Below, piece by piece: positions 37,507 through 49,998 of a stretch of 64,000 bases of DNA (positions within the stretch are counted from its first letter, which is position 1; each line of letters opens with the position of its first letter). Origin of the DNA: Chrysomallon squamiferum (taxonomy: Eukaryota; Animalia; Mollusca). The notes under the pieces were generated by a model. The model ran no database searches. It was not told where the DNA came from and saw only the letters and a list, made by a program, of their open reading frames with translations. The stretch covers positions 16,802,001-16,866,000 of the forward strand of contig CM022675.1 of assembly GCA_012295275.1 (NCBI GenBank). Direction: 5' to 3'. The position numbers were made by a program, and so were the translations under genes.

Positions 37507-39439
37507 TTGGTTTAGAGCATCATATAAACTCTCATACAGGTTTTCAAGATTCAGTAGTATCACAGCATTTCCAGTTTCCATGAACACTTTGATCCAATTA
37601 ATGTTTCAGCAAATCTAAACATTAAATGATTAAAATTCTAGAACAATTTTTGAAAATACTGTTTTGTTTGTCTAATCAAGTTAATTTATTTGTAAGAAAT
37701 CTATATTAATCAGCTCTAATTTTTATTAACCATATCTGATGTAATTAGACTGGTTTACTAACACAGAAACATGATTCAGTATAAAGATTCAAAGGATATA
37801 ATTTTTTTTTTTTTTTACTGGATAAATTCCTTCAGTATATTTAAATACTAATCCAATTAAAATATTTTCTTCACATAAGACTAGTGATGTTATGTGAAGA
37901 TAAGAGAAAATAGGTCATTTTAAAATAATTGTTTGTGGGATGAACACAAAAATACATTTACAAAAGAATGCTGACTTCTGTTATTTTAAATAATTTCAGT
38001 GTCTTTGTAGGAATGGAGGTAAATAAATCATAATGCAAGTTATTGAGGTCAATACAAACGAAATATCAAATTAATGTGAATGCGATCCCTTTGATTTTCC
38101 CAACAAAACTACTTTACTCAGTAGTTAAGTAGCAGATATTTCTGTATTAACATTTCTTATTATAGTTTCTAATCATTAATTACTTCATGGTGATTTCTAG
38201 AGAAAATAATTCTTAAGATAATCTTATAATGTTGTCATTCTCTCTCTCTCTCTTCTCATTAAGGATATCATGAAACAAATTAATATTACAACTGTAGTTC
38301 AAACAACTCTTCACTTCATCACCTTAGAAAGTATGTTTGAGCTAAAATTGAATAAACAAAACTTTTCATGCATGAAACATTACAAATATTAGTCTTAGAT
38401 TTCAAAGATTTTACTTAGCTACAATGATAAAAAAAAAATTTCCAACTTAAGACAACAAAAGAGAAAACAGTTATCAATAACACTCATACAAAATAAATTC
38501 ACCTGCCAGTCCCATCTCCAAAGAGAGATGCCTTTATCAGACCTGCTGTTGTATTGTCAGGGTCATCATCATGTTGCTGCAAAACATTTTACTGTACTGT
38601 AACATATTCAATTTGTATCTTTGTTAAATATAATAAAGGATCATCCTGAAGACCTTTGGTGAAAGAAACATTCTTGTACAAAATGAATCTCTTGCTTTTT
38701 GTAAGTCACAAATCATCAAATGACATGACAATGAATGAAATGCCATTTATTATATATACAATGTAATTATCATTGAGTTTGTAAAAGTATCAAAGAATGA
38801 AGGTATATTAATGTACTAAGTGAGTCAAACTGCAGTCTTCAGCATGATTATTGTAATGATGTTAAAGTATATTACCAGTGAATAAAAGTTTTAAGTGTTT
38901 CAAAGGAAAATACACACATATTTTTAGGTGATATATGCATTATCTAATTCATTTTGGAATTAATTATAATTCCTAAAAGTTTTAGTTATACACAGTGTCT
39001 GAAATTCAGACAGTTATTTTATATAAATTCCCTGATACTGTTTCATTTGTTACTATATCACTGGAATTAAGTTCTCCAATCCCATAGATTTCCTTTCAAA
39101 TTTACTAAACATTTTATGAGATCTGCAATACATCATGTAGCTTGATGCCAAGTCCTGTGCTAATAATTTAACACAATGGATACTAAATATAAGAACTAAT
39201 ATAACAAGGGGGAGGAATGCATTCTTATTATCTTCTATGACATTATTTGCTTATTCAGATGTTTAAATTGTACCTTTTCAGATTTAGGAATGGAAGTAAT
39301 CTTCTTCTGAAAAATTTCTACTCTATCCACAGTGTCCAGACCTCCAGCAAATAAATTTCAAAGAACTGCATGTTCTATCTGATGCTGACAAAGAGGTCGA
39401 TGCTGATTTGCTGCAAATGCATACACCATCTTCACTAAG
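37507..39439 (-). pseudogene. RNF213-like AAA+ region pseudo-exons: 39439-39274, 38576-38503, 37614-37507, and a possible relic at ~38141
   Basis: Translations LVKMVYAFAANQHRPLCQHQIEHAVL*NLFAGGLDTVDRVEIF; QHDDDPDNTTAGLIKASLFGD; IC*NINWIKVFMETGNAVILLNLENLYESLYDALNQ. The last matches the conserved RNF213 segment ICRNINR.K.CMETG..V.LLNL.NLYESLYDALNQ. Acceptors are retained. Stops fall at expected Arg codons. Confidence 0.85.
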
Positions 39440-41559
39440 CTGAAATCATTAAGCAGACTGAACACCAGCCATAAAACACTTTTTAAAAAAAAATTAACAA
39501 CCACATGGGTGAATTTAAAGGTTATTGTTAATTTCACCAGGAATCATCTGAGAAATGTGCTTAATTTGCAAATTTTCCATGTTAAAAATAGAACCTTGTC
39601 TGGAGATAAATTATCAAACATACAATAAAGTGTATGTATAACTGAATCATAAAATTTATAAAAATCATACTAGTAAATAAATGAAAAAAAAAGCAAGCAG
39701 TAAAACCCCTAAACAAAACAATAACAAAGTAAAATGGATGAAATTGATTAACAAATGCGTTTAAATATACATTTAATAGAACAGAACAGGATTTATACTT
39801 TGTGCAGTAAGAAATCTGTTACAGGCTAGTGTATGTTAACATAGTTGTAAATACTTTTTGACATACTAGTTATATGATGTTATATAAATGCCGTTTAATA
39901 ATTGTGATAATATTTATTTTATAGATATAAGTATCAAGCAGCAAAATTTAAAAATATTAACTGTTCCTTAATAAAGAGTCATTGATTTGATCATTTCTTT
40001 TAATGACACCGAAATTTATTGTTGTTCTCTGAAATTTTTATTTTGAAATAAATTAATTCATCAAAACTTGCTGATTCATCAGTGGCTGACTCCGAGTCTA
40101 TGAAAACTAATAAGATGATATAATCCTAATTTTACTTTCTGTTTTAGAAACAAAAACACAGAATAGAACTGCATGAGAATGTAATTTCAGGTTAGCTGTT
40201 TTAATGTGTATGTTATCAGTCTACCACATTTATTTGGTTAATTTGATAAAAATATTTTGACATTTATAAGATAAATGATAATTTGCTAATGTAATGTATT
40301 CCAGAAATAACATTGTGAAAGATTGAACACATGAAGGAAGATTATAAAAGGTTAATATCAGTTAAATTGTCTTGGAAAACATCCTGTTATTAATGCCCAC
40401 ACAAAAACACCACAAATATTAACATGATACATATATTTATTTACAGTCTTCATTGTTAACATTTTTCTATTTATTTAAACAACTATGTACAAGTAAAACA
40501 TTCCAGAATATATGATTATTTACATCTACACCTTTTTTGGTCTGTGTCACCTAAACATCCAAAAAAATCTTTGATATAAAACAAGTGAATTTTGGAAAAG
40601 TGTAAAAGTGTAATCCTGTAATTAAACAAAGCTAAAAATTAGGCTCCAAAGTGTAAACAAAGTGCTTGTAGGTTCTTCCAAATACAATATAATGTGTGTA
40701 CACGAAATGTAACTGGAAGTTTGTTAGTATTATATCATTTTTAAATTTCCCCCCATTATATTCAAACTGAGCCCCATGCACCACACATTGGGAATCACTT
40801 ATCTACACAAATATCTCCCAAACTCTTTTATTTCTTGGATAAAACTTGGCTTGAGCTGACTAAAACTAATTAATAATCAAGGATTCCCCTGCAGACATAC
40901 TGACAGCCCTCATGTTAAAGTATGTGGCTCATCAATGCCAACCTGGTGTACATGGTTGGCTGATTATACCCCTCCTGGCCTTTAAATTGGAGAGTGGATG
41001 TCATAGAATTCAAACTGCATAAATAATTTTTACTTCAATCATGTTGCACTTTTTATTTTTGCTGCCAACTTTTCAACTCCATAGCACTGTTTTAAAAGGG
41101 CTGGCACTTGGTAATTAAGTGAAGAAGGTAAAGGTCTACACAACAGCTCAGTCAGGCAAGGAACCAATGTTTTTTAATGGCATCATCTTTACAGACAAGT
41201 ATGGTAAGGAATTGTTTATTCTTATTTTTATAGGGTGTAATGTGCAATTAACCTGTGTCAACTGCATAATGTATTATTATCAAGTCACCTGTATATCATA
41301 ATTAAACAAATAACTTGTACGTTAACTTTTGTTTGTGTTTATTTCTCTGGTGGATAGACAGAACTGTTGATTTATATAGATTTCTGTCAATTTAGCTTTG
41401 ATATTCCTTGTTAGGTGGCCATTAAAACAGCTTGTTATCCTAGACAGCCTTAACAAAACATCCAAGATGTTTAGTGGTGTAGGCCCCATGTCAGTGGGCA
41501 GGAGCCAAGGTTCCCAATCTGTAACTGCACTAATTAAAGCAGCCCCCTCAACAAAATTT

Positions 41560-43530
41560 ATAGGTGGATGTAACTTGTCTTTAGCCCTGAATATTGATTT
41601 TAATCACCATAACCAGCCCCCTTGGCAATTCATAGCTGGGCTGAACAACTCCCCATCAGCCCCGAACATGGAGTGGTGAATCCTTTGGTAATAAACCTGT
41701 TCCCCTACAGTTCTGGGCCAGATGAACCTTTGCTCTGTAGCTGTCTTATGGGGATCCTGCCACCAGAGTAAGTCTATATCCACTCCATCCATCCACTTAC
41801 CTCATGGAAACACCTTGCCTCCACTCATAAACGACACGTCCACTGCATTCCTTCCAGATTCAATGCATTTCCCTTGTATAACTGCTCCTCCCTCTGCAAG
41901 GCCCAGTGATTTCACTGCGCTGTTCACCCTTTTCCAGGCTGTGTTGGGTGTTTAGCTGCAACCACCGCATTCCCCGTTACCATACCCTCGATACCTTCCA
42001 GCTGCAACCTCCGCATTCCCCGTTACCATACCCTCGATACCTTCCAGCTGCAACCACCGCATTCCCCGTTACCATACCTCGATACCTTCCAGCTGCAACC
42101 ACCGCGTTCCCCGTTACCATACCCTCGATACCTTCCAGCTGCAACCACCGCGTTCCCCGTTACCATACCCTCGATACCTTCCAGCTGCAACCACCGCGTT
42201 CCCCGTTACCATACCCTCGATACCTTCCAGCTGCAACCACCGCGTTCCCCGTTACATACCACCCTCGATACCTTCCAGCTGCAACCACCGCGTTCCCCGT
42301 TACCATACCCTCGATACCTTCCAGCTGCAACCACCGCGTTCCCCGTTACCATACCCTCGATACCTTCCAGCTGCAACCACCGCGTTCCCCGTTACCATAC
42401 CCTCGATACCTTCCAGCTGAACACAGCCTCCACACAGCCTTGCCTGTTCCTGGATTCCTGTCCAGAGGACAATGGAAGATCCGATTATTCATACTTCCCT
42501 ACAATCAGCACTTTAACTATTTAAATATGACATAAATAAATTAGATTTCTTGTCCTTCCCCACTGTTTATTTGTATTATCTGGTTCTGCCCTAGCTGCAG
42601 CTTCTTTTGCTGCTCCTATATTAATGTTACGTGATTTATAACCTTGACCTTTTACATTTATAAACTATAGTAAGTGTTTGAGAACAGTTAAACAAGTACC
42701 AGATTAATGACTTACCATTATAATGAGTAAGAAGCCTTACATTTTGATTGCAAATATTTATAGCAACCTCGCACTGGTCAGACGTTTTCGTTTGTAGACA
42801 ACCTCTTTGATAATTCTTCAATTTTCATATTAGAAGTTTCAGCTGGTCGGGCTGTTTTTCTCTGGATTTAAACTTGAAAGTAAAATCTTGCACCCCAATT
42901 GCTCTGTTAGAATTGTCTGCTTGTGTTCTGGCTGAAATAACAAAATGCCTTGTAGGTGCCCCCTCCCCCTTAAATTTGTGCCAACTACTTTTCCCATTAA
43001 TGTATAATTTTACAGTAGATGACAGGAAAGCAGCAAAATGGACTAAGTGGTCCAAATTGCAGTCTGAAGCTTTCCAGTTGTTTTTCAGCATTATGGTAAG
43101 TCCTCCATATCTGACATGCTATTGAATTATTTAGCAACCTGTCTGCCTGTTGTCCAAATGGCCATACTTGCAGTGGTATGTCAGTGGCATTCCATGCTGC
43201 TTCTGGCACCAACTTCTGAAACTTTCCTAACCAACAATGAGAAATTGCATCTGCTATTAAATTATGTCTGCCTGCAATTTATTTGGCCTTTATCAGAATA
43301 TTCTGTTTTAAAGTTATTAAAACAAGTTTCCTCAATAATGGCATTACCATCAAACAGTGATGTTGACTACAAGCACTACTGCCTCACTGTCAGTGTGAAA
43401 GACTACTGTTCTGACCCTGCGCCTGTTTACCCAAATACTTAAAGCAACTAAGACAGGAACGCATTAGAGAAAGGTGATGTTTCTCAACAAAGCAGAACTG
43501 CAACTCAGGGCCTAAACATTTAGCCCCAGC
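41560..43530 (-). mobile_element. decayed Ngaro/DIRS-order tyrosine-recombinase retrotransposon (RNase H, YR, SGNH-hydrolase-like ORF)
   Basis: Frameshifted motifs in order: RNase H (VFHTDSEAVV...NLIADAISH...FQKLVPEA); YR (LLNNSIA..WRTY, and GYKSRNINIGAAKEAAARA...KQWGR resembling HSFRIGAAT..GRW); SGNH-like (V*IIGSSIVLW, RGTRWLQL, KRVNSAVK...EGGAVI). Confidence 0.75.
41955..42418. repeat. 46-bp GC-rich minisatellite, about 10 copies, inside the Ngaro relic
   Basis: Unit CCAGCTGCAACCACCGCGTTCCCCGTTACCATACCCTCGATACCTT. Confidence 0.95.
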
Positions 43531-44169
43531 TTCCTTTTTTTATTATTATTATTTTTTAAATTATCGCATTTATTTCATTTGCAATGGTAAGTTTGCATAA
43601 TTTGTTTTCTGGTCGAGTCATTAAATTAATATTACGAACCATAAACAGATAAAAATCACTTACGAATAGTATTTTACATGTTTTTAATCAGCTGACTGCT
43701 TATATATGACAAAGTGAGAAACCATTTAATGGCTGGAAGATGAAAATAATCTTAAGACCATACAAACTGAAATATGTAATTATTACTTAATAATAATAGT
43801 AATATGCACACACTGATTAGTTATTTACTTTATTTATTTGAATTATCAGTAAGGAAAAAATTGCATGTGCACTGATTTTAATGCTATGTCACACATTCTA
43901 CTCACATCTGCTTATCTTGGCAGACACCTGATTTGGATAGTCTGTACACAGAGAAACAGGTAAGGCGTCAACAGTAATAATACTAGTCTTTTATAAAATA
44001 ATATTAATGTATCAATCTATTTTTGTCCTCTAGTAAATTTTATTTATTTGTTGTTCAGGTTTGTGTTGTTGTTATTATTATTTATTTGTTTTATTCTTTG
44101 TTTATTATTATTATTATTTAAAACAAATCAAATATCCCAATTAAGGCCTCACATAATTATTTCCCTATA

Positions 44170-44627
44170 CAGTATAGTACCTTGACTTCCGAGTTTAATT
44201 CGTTCCGTGACCGAACTCGTAACTCAATTTGCTTGTATATCAAATCAATTTTTTCCATGTGAAATTAATTTGAAATACAATTAATCCGTTCCAGCCACAC
44301 CCCCCCCCCGAAAAACACCGTATTTTTTGAAAAATGTATTTATAAATAACAAGAGAATGTAAAGAAATAAATTGGCTTTCTAAACTGTATTTATCTTGGA
44401 GATCTGACAAATTATTTTAACGCCTTTTGCTGGAGTTACAGCCATTATCGACTTCAGTATGGTACATATCGTAAAAGTACTACGCTCGTACTGACTAGCC
44501 TAGTTGACTATATCATTTATGGATAACATGCATACGCGGGAGGCTGGCCGGATGTTTTGTTGTTCGTTGCGCCAACTAGCGGCGATGGCTCGTAACTCGT
44601 TAAAACTCGTAGATCAAGGTACCACTG
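44170..44627. mobile_element. non-autonomous Tigger/mariner-type element (MITE-like)
   Basis: Left end TA|CAGTATAGTACCTTGACTTCCGAG and right end CTCGTAGATCAAGGTACCACTG form imperfect TIRs. It shares TAATTCGTTCC with the element at 913 and has no ORF. Confidence 0.8.
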
Positions 44628-45048
44628 CATTAGCCGAAACAGCCACCTAAAAGGGAATATGAATACTAAATTGACAGCAATCTATATAAATCAATAAGTA
44701 TCTATCCACTAGAGAAATAAACACAACACAAGTTAAGGTTCAGTTAATTGACATACAGGTGACTTGATAATAGTACATTGTACAGTCATAAAACATATGT
44801 TTAAGTAATTTTGATTAATGATACGAGTAAAGTCATATGGGGAACCAAGACAAAATTAGAATCTGCATGGATAACAGATTGAAACATTAAAATTTTAAGT
44901 ATAATAAATATTGACACAGGTAAATAGCACATTACGCCATATCAAAATAATAGACAGCTGCTTACCATAGGATTAAGTTGACTACAGTTTAGGATTAAGT
45001 GGGTCCTTTTTCAGGTTTATTTATTTATTTATTTATTATTACTTAAAA

Positions 45049-45093
<45 letters not shown>

Positions 45094-45476
45094 TTTGTAT
45101 CTCAAATTCAAAAAATTAATTATGCTTATCTTTTTAAATATTCCCCTTGGTTTTACTCGGTAATGTTGCTGTTTCTGTTGGTTCAGTATTGATCTGTAAT
45201 ACTTTCATAAGCAGTGGACTTGAAATTTAGAAATTTTACTACATGTGACAGCATTGTTTTGTAATTCCTAGGTTTGTACTCACTTTTTTAAAAGTGTACC
45301 TGTGCATCAATGAAATGATTACTTAAAAATATTCTCTGAAATTCTGTCATGCTATTGTTTCTTGTCTGGCAGCCAAACTGTGCTAATAAAACAGTATTAT
45401 CTCAAATTCCACGAATGCCATCATTTTGCCCTTTTGGAGTTGTAACTATGACATCATGGCATACAGTGTACTTAAC

Positions 45477-47368
45477 AAAAATAATAATAATAAAACAACA
45501 CAAATTATAGAATAGTATTTCTGCAGTTTTCTAAAAAATCATGAAATGACAGGATATTTTATAGTTATTTTTTTACTTTGTCCTGTCTTTTTTTTTTTTT
45601 TTTTGGAGACAGAAAATGCACTGGCTAATGTACAAATCAGAGATGGTATTTCCTTTTTTCAATGCCAAATTCAAAAGAGAAGAAATGTTGAATAGAAGAG
45701 ACCAAGTTAAATAATAATGAAAATTTCCTTTACCATAATAACATTCCATAGATTCTTAGCATTGGTCTTCTTCTACTACTTATATCCAAATTTCAATTTT
45801 ATGGTGAACACACACACATATATATGTGTGTGTGTGTATGTGTGTGTGTGTGTGTGTTCACCATAAAATTGAAATTTGGATGCAGAAATAATTCTTTATA
45901 ACTCAGAAGTTAATGACTGTGCATTACTTTCATAATTTATTCCCCCCACCTCATAGAGGAGGGAATATGTCAGATATCCAGGGAAAGCTATAATTTTAGT
46001 TTTGTTGGAACCTTAATCTCATATGAGAATATTTTAGGTTTGTCTGTTGACAGAAACAAATAGAATTGTTAATGATTAGAAGAGTGCTGTTGTGATGTGT
46101 GAGCTTTCCTCTAGTGGTCTTCTGATATGATTGTAACAATTTTGTGAATGACAGTAAAACCAGACCAGATTACACATTATTAGAACCAGGTTTCAGAACA
46201 CATAGATCCCAGTGTTAAAACAAAACAAAAAAATTAGATGAAGAAAAAGGTAGATTCCGAACACTATTTTATTCTTTAATTTTTCATTATTTTTGCTCAG
46301 GCAGTAATCAGATCAGAGTATTATTATTTTTATTACATTCCTTTTACACCGTATGAATTGCAAATTTGTAGAAAACTTTAAACATAACATATAACATTAA
46401 ATATTTCCTTGTACAGTTTCAGTATGATGCAATCTACTAGCAATGTTTCAGTTCATCTGCATAAAGCTAAAGTCAATAACAACCAGTATATACACAGAAC
46501 TAAATATTTCCTTGTTCAGTTTCAGTTCAGTGTGAGTTCATAGTCTATCTATTTAGTAAAACTGTAGCCTTTGGCATCCAGTATCTATAAAACTAAATAT
46601 TTTCTTGTGTGCTTTACACAAGAAGACATTGAAGTTTAATGAAGAAATTACACAAAATTCAGACAACAATGAGGAGAATGGTGAGATTATATTTTGTCTT
46701 CTTTATGTATCTGTGTTAGTTGATTAATTGTCACTTTCAGATCTGAAGATTAATTCATACATTTTTCTTGCCCATGTTTAGTTTTAATAATTTAATAATA
46801 ATCATTTCTTATTCTTAAATTTTCTTTTCCTGTAAAAAAAAGTATTATATCTGCTGACTAGAAATCAGTTAAGACTGATATTTCATCCAAGGGCAACATC
46901 ACTTATGTCCCTTGTAGTATTAAACTTTTTCACATTTAGAGTTCAAGGAAATTAGGAATGTTGACATATCTAGAAATAGTATACAATTGGAAGGGCTTCA
47001 TAAAAACAAACTGTATGTAAAAAAAACCCATTGTTACACATTATTAGCTTTTTAATGATAAGTTTCTCATTTTCAGCTTTACTCATCTTAGATTGAATGA
47101 CTAAACAGGAATATTTGGAATAAATTTACCTTTGGTACACAGAACAAAAATGTCAAGGACTGCTTTATACATCTGTTCAGTACCCTGCATAAAATATATC
47201 AGTGGTGAATGGTGAAGGTTGTAGTGCCAGTGGATTTTCTGACTCAAAATAAAAGATAGGACAAAGTAAAAAAATAACTATAAAATATCCCGTCATTTCA
47301 TGGTTTTTTAGAAAACTGCAGAAATACTATTCTATAATTTGTGTTGTTTTATTACTATTATTTTTTTT
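45477..47368. repeat. inverted pair of a ~145-bp repeat (45477-45625 and 47226-47368)
   Basis: AAAACAACACAAATTATAGAATAGTATTTCTGCAGTTTTCTAAAAAA at ~45492 occurs as its reverse complement at ~47305-47350. The similarity extends on both sides. Confidence 0.85.
45784..45881. repeat. perfect 35-bp inverted repeat (hairpin) around a (TA)/(TG) loop
   Basis: ATCCAAATTTCAATTTTATGGTGAACACACACACA ... TGTGTGTGTGTTCACCATAAAATTGAAATTTGGAT. Confidence 0.9.
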
Positions 47369-48007
47369 ATAAATATAATAATAGTAAAAAAACTTTGTCA
47401 GTCTTTTGCTTTTAATGGTAGAATGGCTATATGCAAAAAATGGTTACTGTATGCACCATCCGGATAACAAATGGGATAATTTATTTTGACCTACCATTTG
47501 TTTCAAAGGATCAACCCTGCTAATTTTAGTTTTCCATGATCTCCACTGAAAATGTCACAAATGTTAATTAAAAATATTTTTATGAAAATATAAATATTTC
47601 TTGAATAATTTATAAATAATTATTAAGCAGTTCAAAGTAAATCCATGTATCTAAGTTATTGTTGAGTGACATATCAGAATGTTAACCCCGTGACTGATAG
47701 TCTGTCAGTTATTAAATTTAAAAAACAAAACAACAACAGACAAACAAAAGTGATATTGTTCTAAAGACAGCTAAAGGGAATGATCTATTTTCACTGACAT
47801 CATTAATTTCATAACTGATCTGGATTACAGAATGAATTTACTTATTAGTAATTATATTTTTGTCTCTAATCTAGAACAAACCCTGGAACAGGCATTTAGT
47901 TCATAGTTCCAGTTACATGTCATCACTGTTCTCAGACTTCTACTACATAATAACAAGATGTCTAATTTTATCCATCAAAATGAAACCACAATACATTCTG
48001 ACGCAGT

Positions 48008-48317
48008 TAAAATATAACTTTGTGTTCATCTAAAGCTAAAATATAACTTTGTGTTCATCTAAAGCTAAAATATAACTTTGTGTTCATCTAAAGCAAAAAT
48101 ATAACTTTGTGTTCATCTAAAGCTAAAATATAACTTTGTGTTCATCAAAAATATAACTTTGTGTTCATCTAAAGTAAAAATATAACTTTGTGTTCATCTA
48201 AAGCAAAAATATAACTTTGTGTTCATCTAAAGTTAAAATATAACTTTGTGTTCATCTAAAGTTAAAATATAACTTTGTGTTCATCTAAAGCTAAAATATA
48301 ACTTTGTGTTCATCTAA
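48008..48317. repeat. 29-bp minisatellite, about 11 copies
   Basis: Unit TAAAATATAACTTTGTGTTCATCTAAAGC. Confidence 0.95.
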
Positions 48318-49359
48318 ATTAACGATTTGGTTAATTCAAAATGCTGATTTTATAAGAAATAAAGAAAATTATTAATGTGCCCAATACATTATTAAATGTT
48401 CTGATATTTTAATTTGCAAAGATTGTATTTGATTTTTATTTTCATGATTATAGACTGCAAAGGTGTCAACACAGTGTTACTCTGGTTACTGCAAAAGACA
48501 TATCTAAGAAAATAGCAACAACAAGAAGCCTTATTTCTCTGTTGTTTGATATAAAGAATTACATAATTGCAGGTTTAGTAATATTAGATAAGTCTGTGCA
48601 CATTATAAAACAGAGATCATGAAAAACCACTGGAAAAATACAGAAGAAATAAAATTATAAAGCTTTTTAAAGAAAAACCAGGAATTATAATTTAATGCAG
48701 AATTATTTATTAAAGATTAATAAAGATATACTTTACATGAATTTACACAACGGTATACATTAAATTCAGAACAGCAAGCACTTTAATGTCTGTAATTTTA
48801 TATATTGCTAAAAGTGTCCATTATCCAGAGAGAAAGTATAAGAACATTTTTCTAATTAAATCTGGCTTTGATAATTGGACTGAGAACTGTTTAAATATTA
48901 TTATAATTACAAAACTGAAAGATACGTTTATTTTGGGTTGATCATGAAAAATTTAGAAAATTGATCATGATATATTCGAATAGCTTTGCCCACATTTTCA
49001 ATTTTGTTTTCTTTCCTTGTTGGTTTATCTATATTATTTAGACATGATGCGCAGACCCAAAGTTCATCACTGAATAAAATATAAATGTGAAATGCAAATA
49101 ATTAATTTTAAATCCAAATCCAACTAGTGTAAATTAAACTTACATTTTTACGATATTTCTTTTATTATTTAGTTCAGAGAATGAAGCAGGAAATGTCAAC
49201 ATTCTTGTGTTGAAAGTTCTGATTTACAGTTAAATAATCAAGGACAAAACTCAAAAATGGATGATTCCATGGAGGCCACAAAACCAGCAGAAGAAAGTGA
49301 ACAAATACCTATGGTAAAATATATCTCTTTGTAGTTATTAATTTAGAGCAGAATATATA

Positions 49360-49598
49360 AAATACACAGACTGGATGTTAGATAAATCAGAATATGTAAA
49401 ATACACTGCCTGCAGTTTAGATAAATCAGAATATGAAAAAAGACACAGTCCAGTGTTTAGATAAATCAGAATGTGTGAAATACACAGTCCAATGTTTAGA
49501 TAATTCAGAATGTGTAAAATACACGATCCAATGTTTAGATAAATCAGAATGTGTGAAATACACAGTCCAATGTTTAGATAAATCAGAATGTGTGAAAA
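49360..49598. repeat. 39-bp minisatellite, about 6 copies
   Basis: Unit AAATACACAGTCCAATGTTTAGATAAATCAGAATGTGTG. Confidence 0.9.
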
Positions 49599-49998
49599 AG
49601 GCTAGAGTTGAGGTAAGTTAACTAGAAATCTAATGTAGTTAAATTAAAGATTAACATTGATAAGTTAGAATTGTGAAGCTGACGATGTAGTATTTAGATA
49701 AATTAGATTTTAAAAAGTAATAATAATAATAATAAAAATAGAATAAGTCAAGTAAGTAATAAGTTATAAAGTAATCAAAAATAGTTACAAAAAATAAATA
49801 AATAAAAGGACTAAATAAAAGAAACCCCTGTGTATATTTTAGCCCTGAATTAAACAAAGCACTAAATTTTCTGTTTAGTGATTTTTTAGTTATTTTTTTT
49901 GTGAATTTTATGGAAGCCAGGTTACTTTCAAATTAGGAATTGTACCTGCATAAGGTAAAATGAAAATATTTATTTCGTTTTCTTTTTTGCTTTTACAG

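Noticed and set aside
37507-39439. In-frame TGA codons read as selenocysteine or recoding
   Set aside because: They fall at expected Arg (CGA) positions alongside other lesions, consistent with CpG decay.
41300-41950. Long stop-poor minus frame, first suspected to be an endogenous viral gene
   Set aside because: Better explained as the SGNH-like ORF and 3' region of the Ngaro element plus flank.
41906-42535. 209-aa Pro-rich ORF, a tempting P4H substrate
   Set aside because: Produced by the 46-bp minisatellite. It has no ATG start, signal peptide or splice support.
49433-49621. ORF of repeated KYTVQCLDKSECV
   Set aside because: A 39-bp minisatellite that is a multiple of three, with no splice signals.
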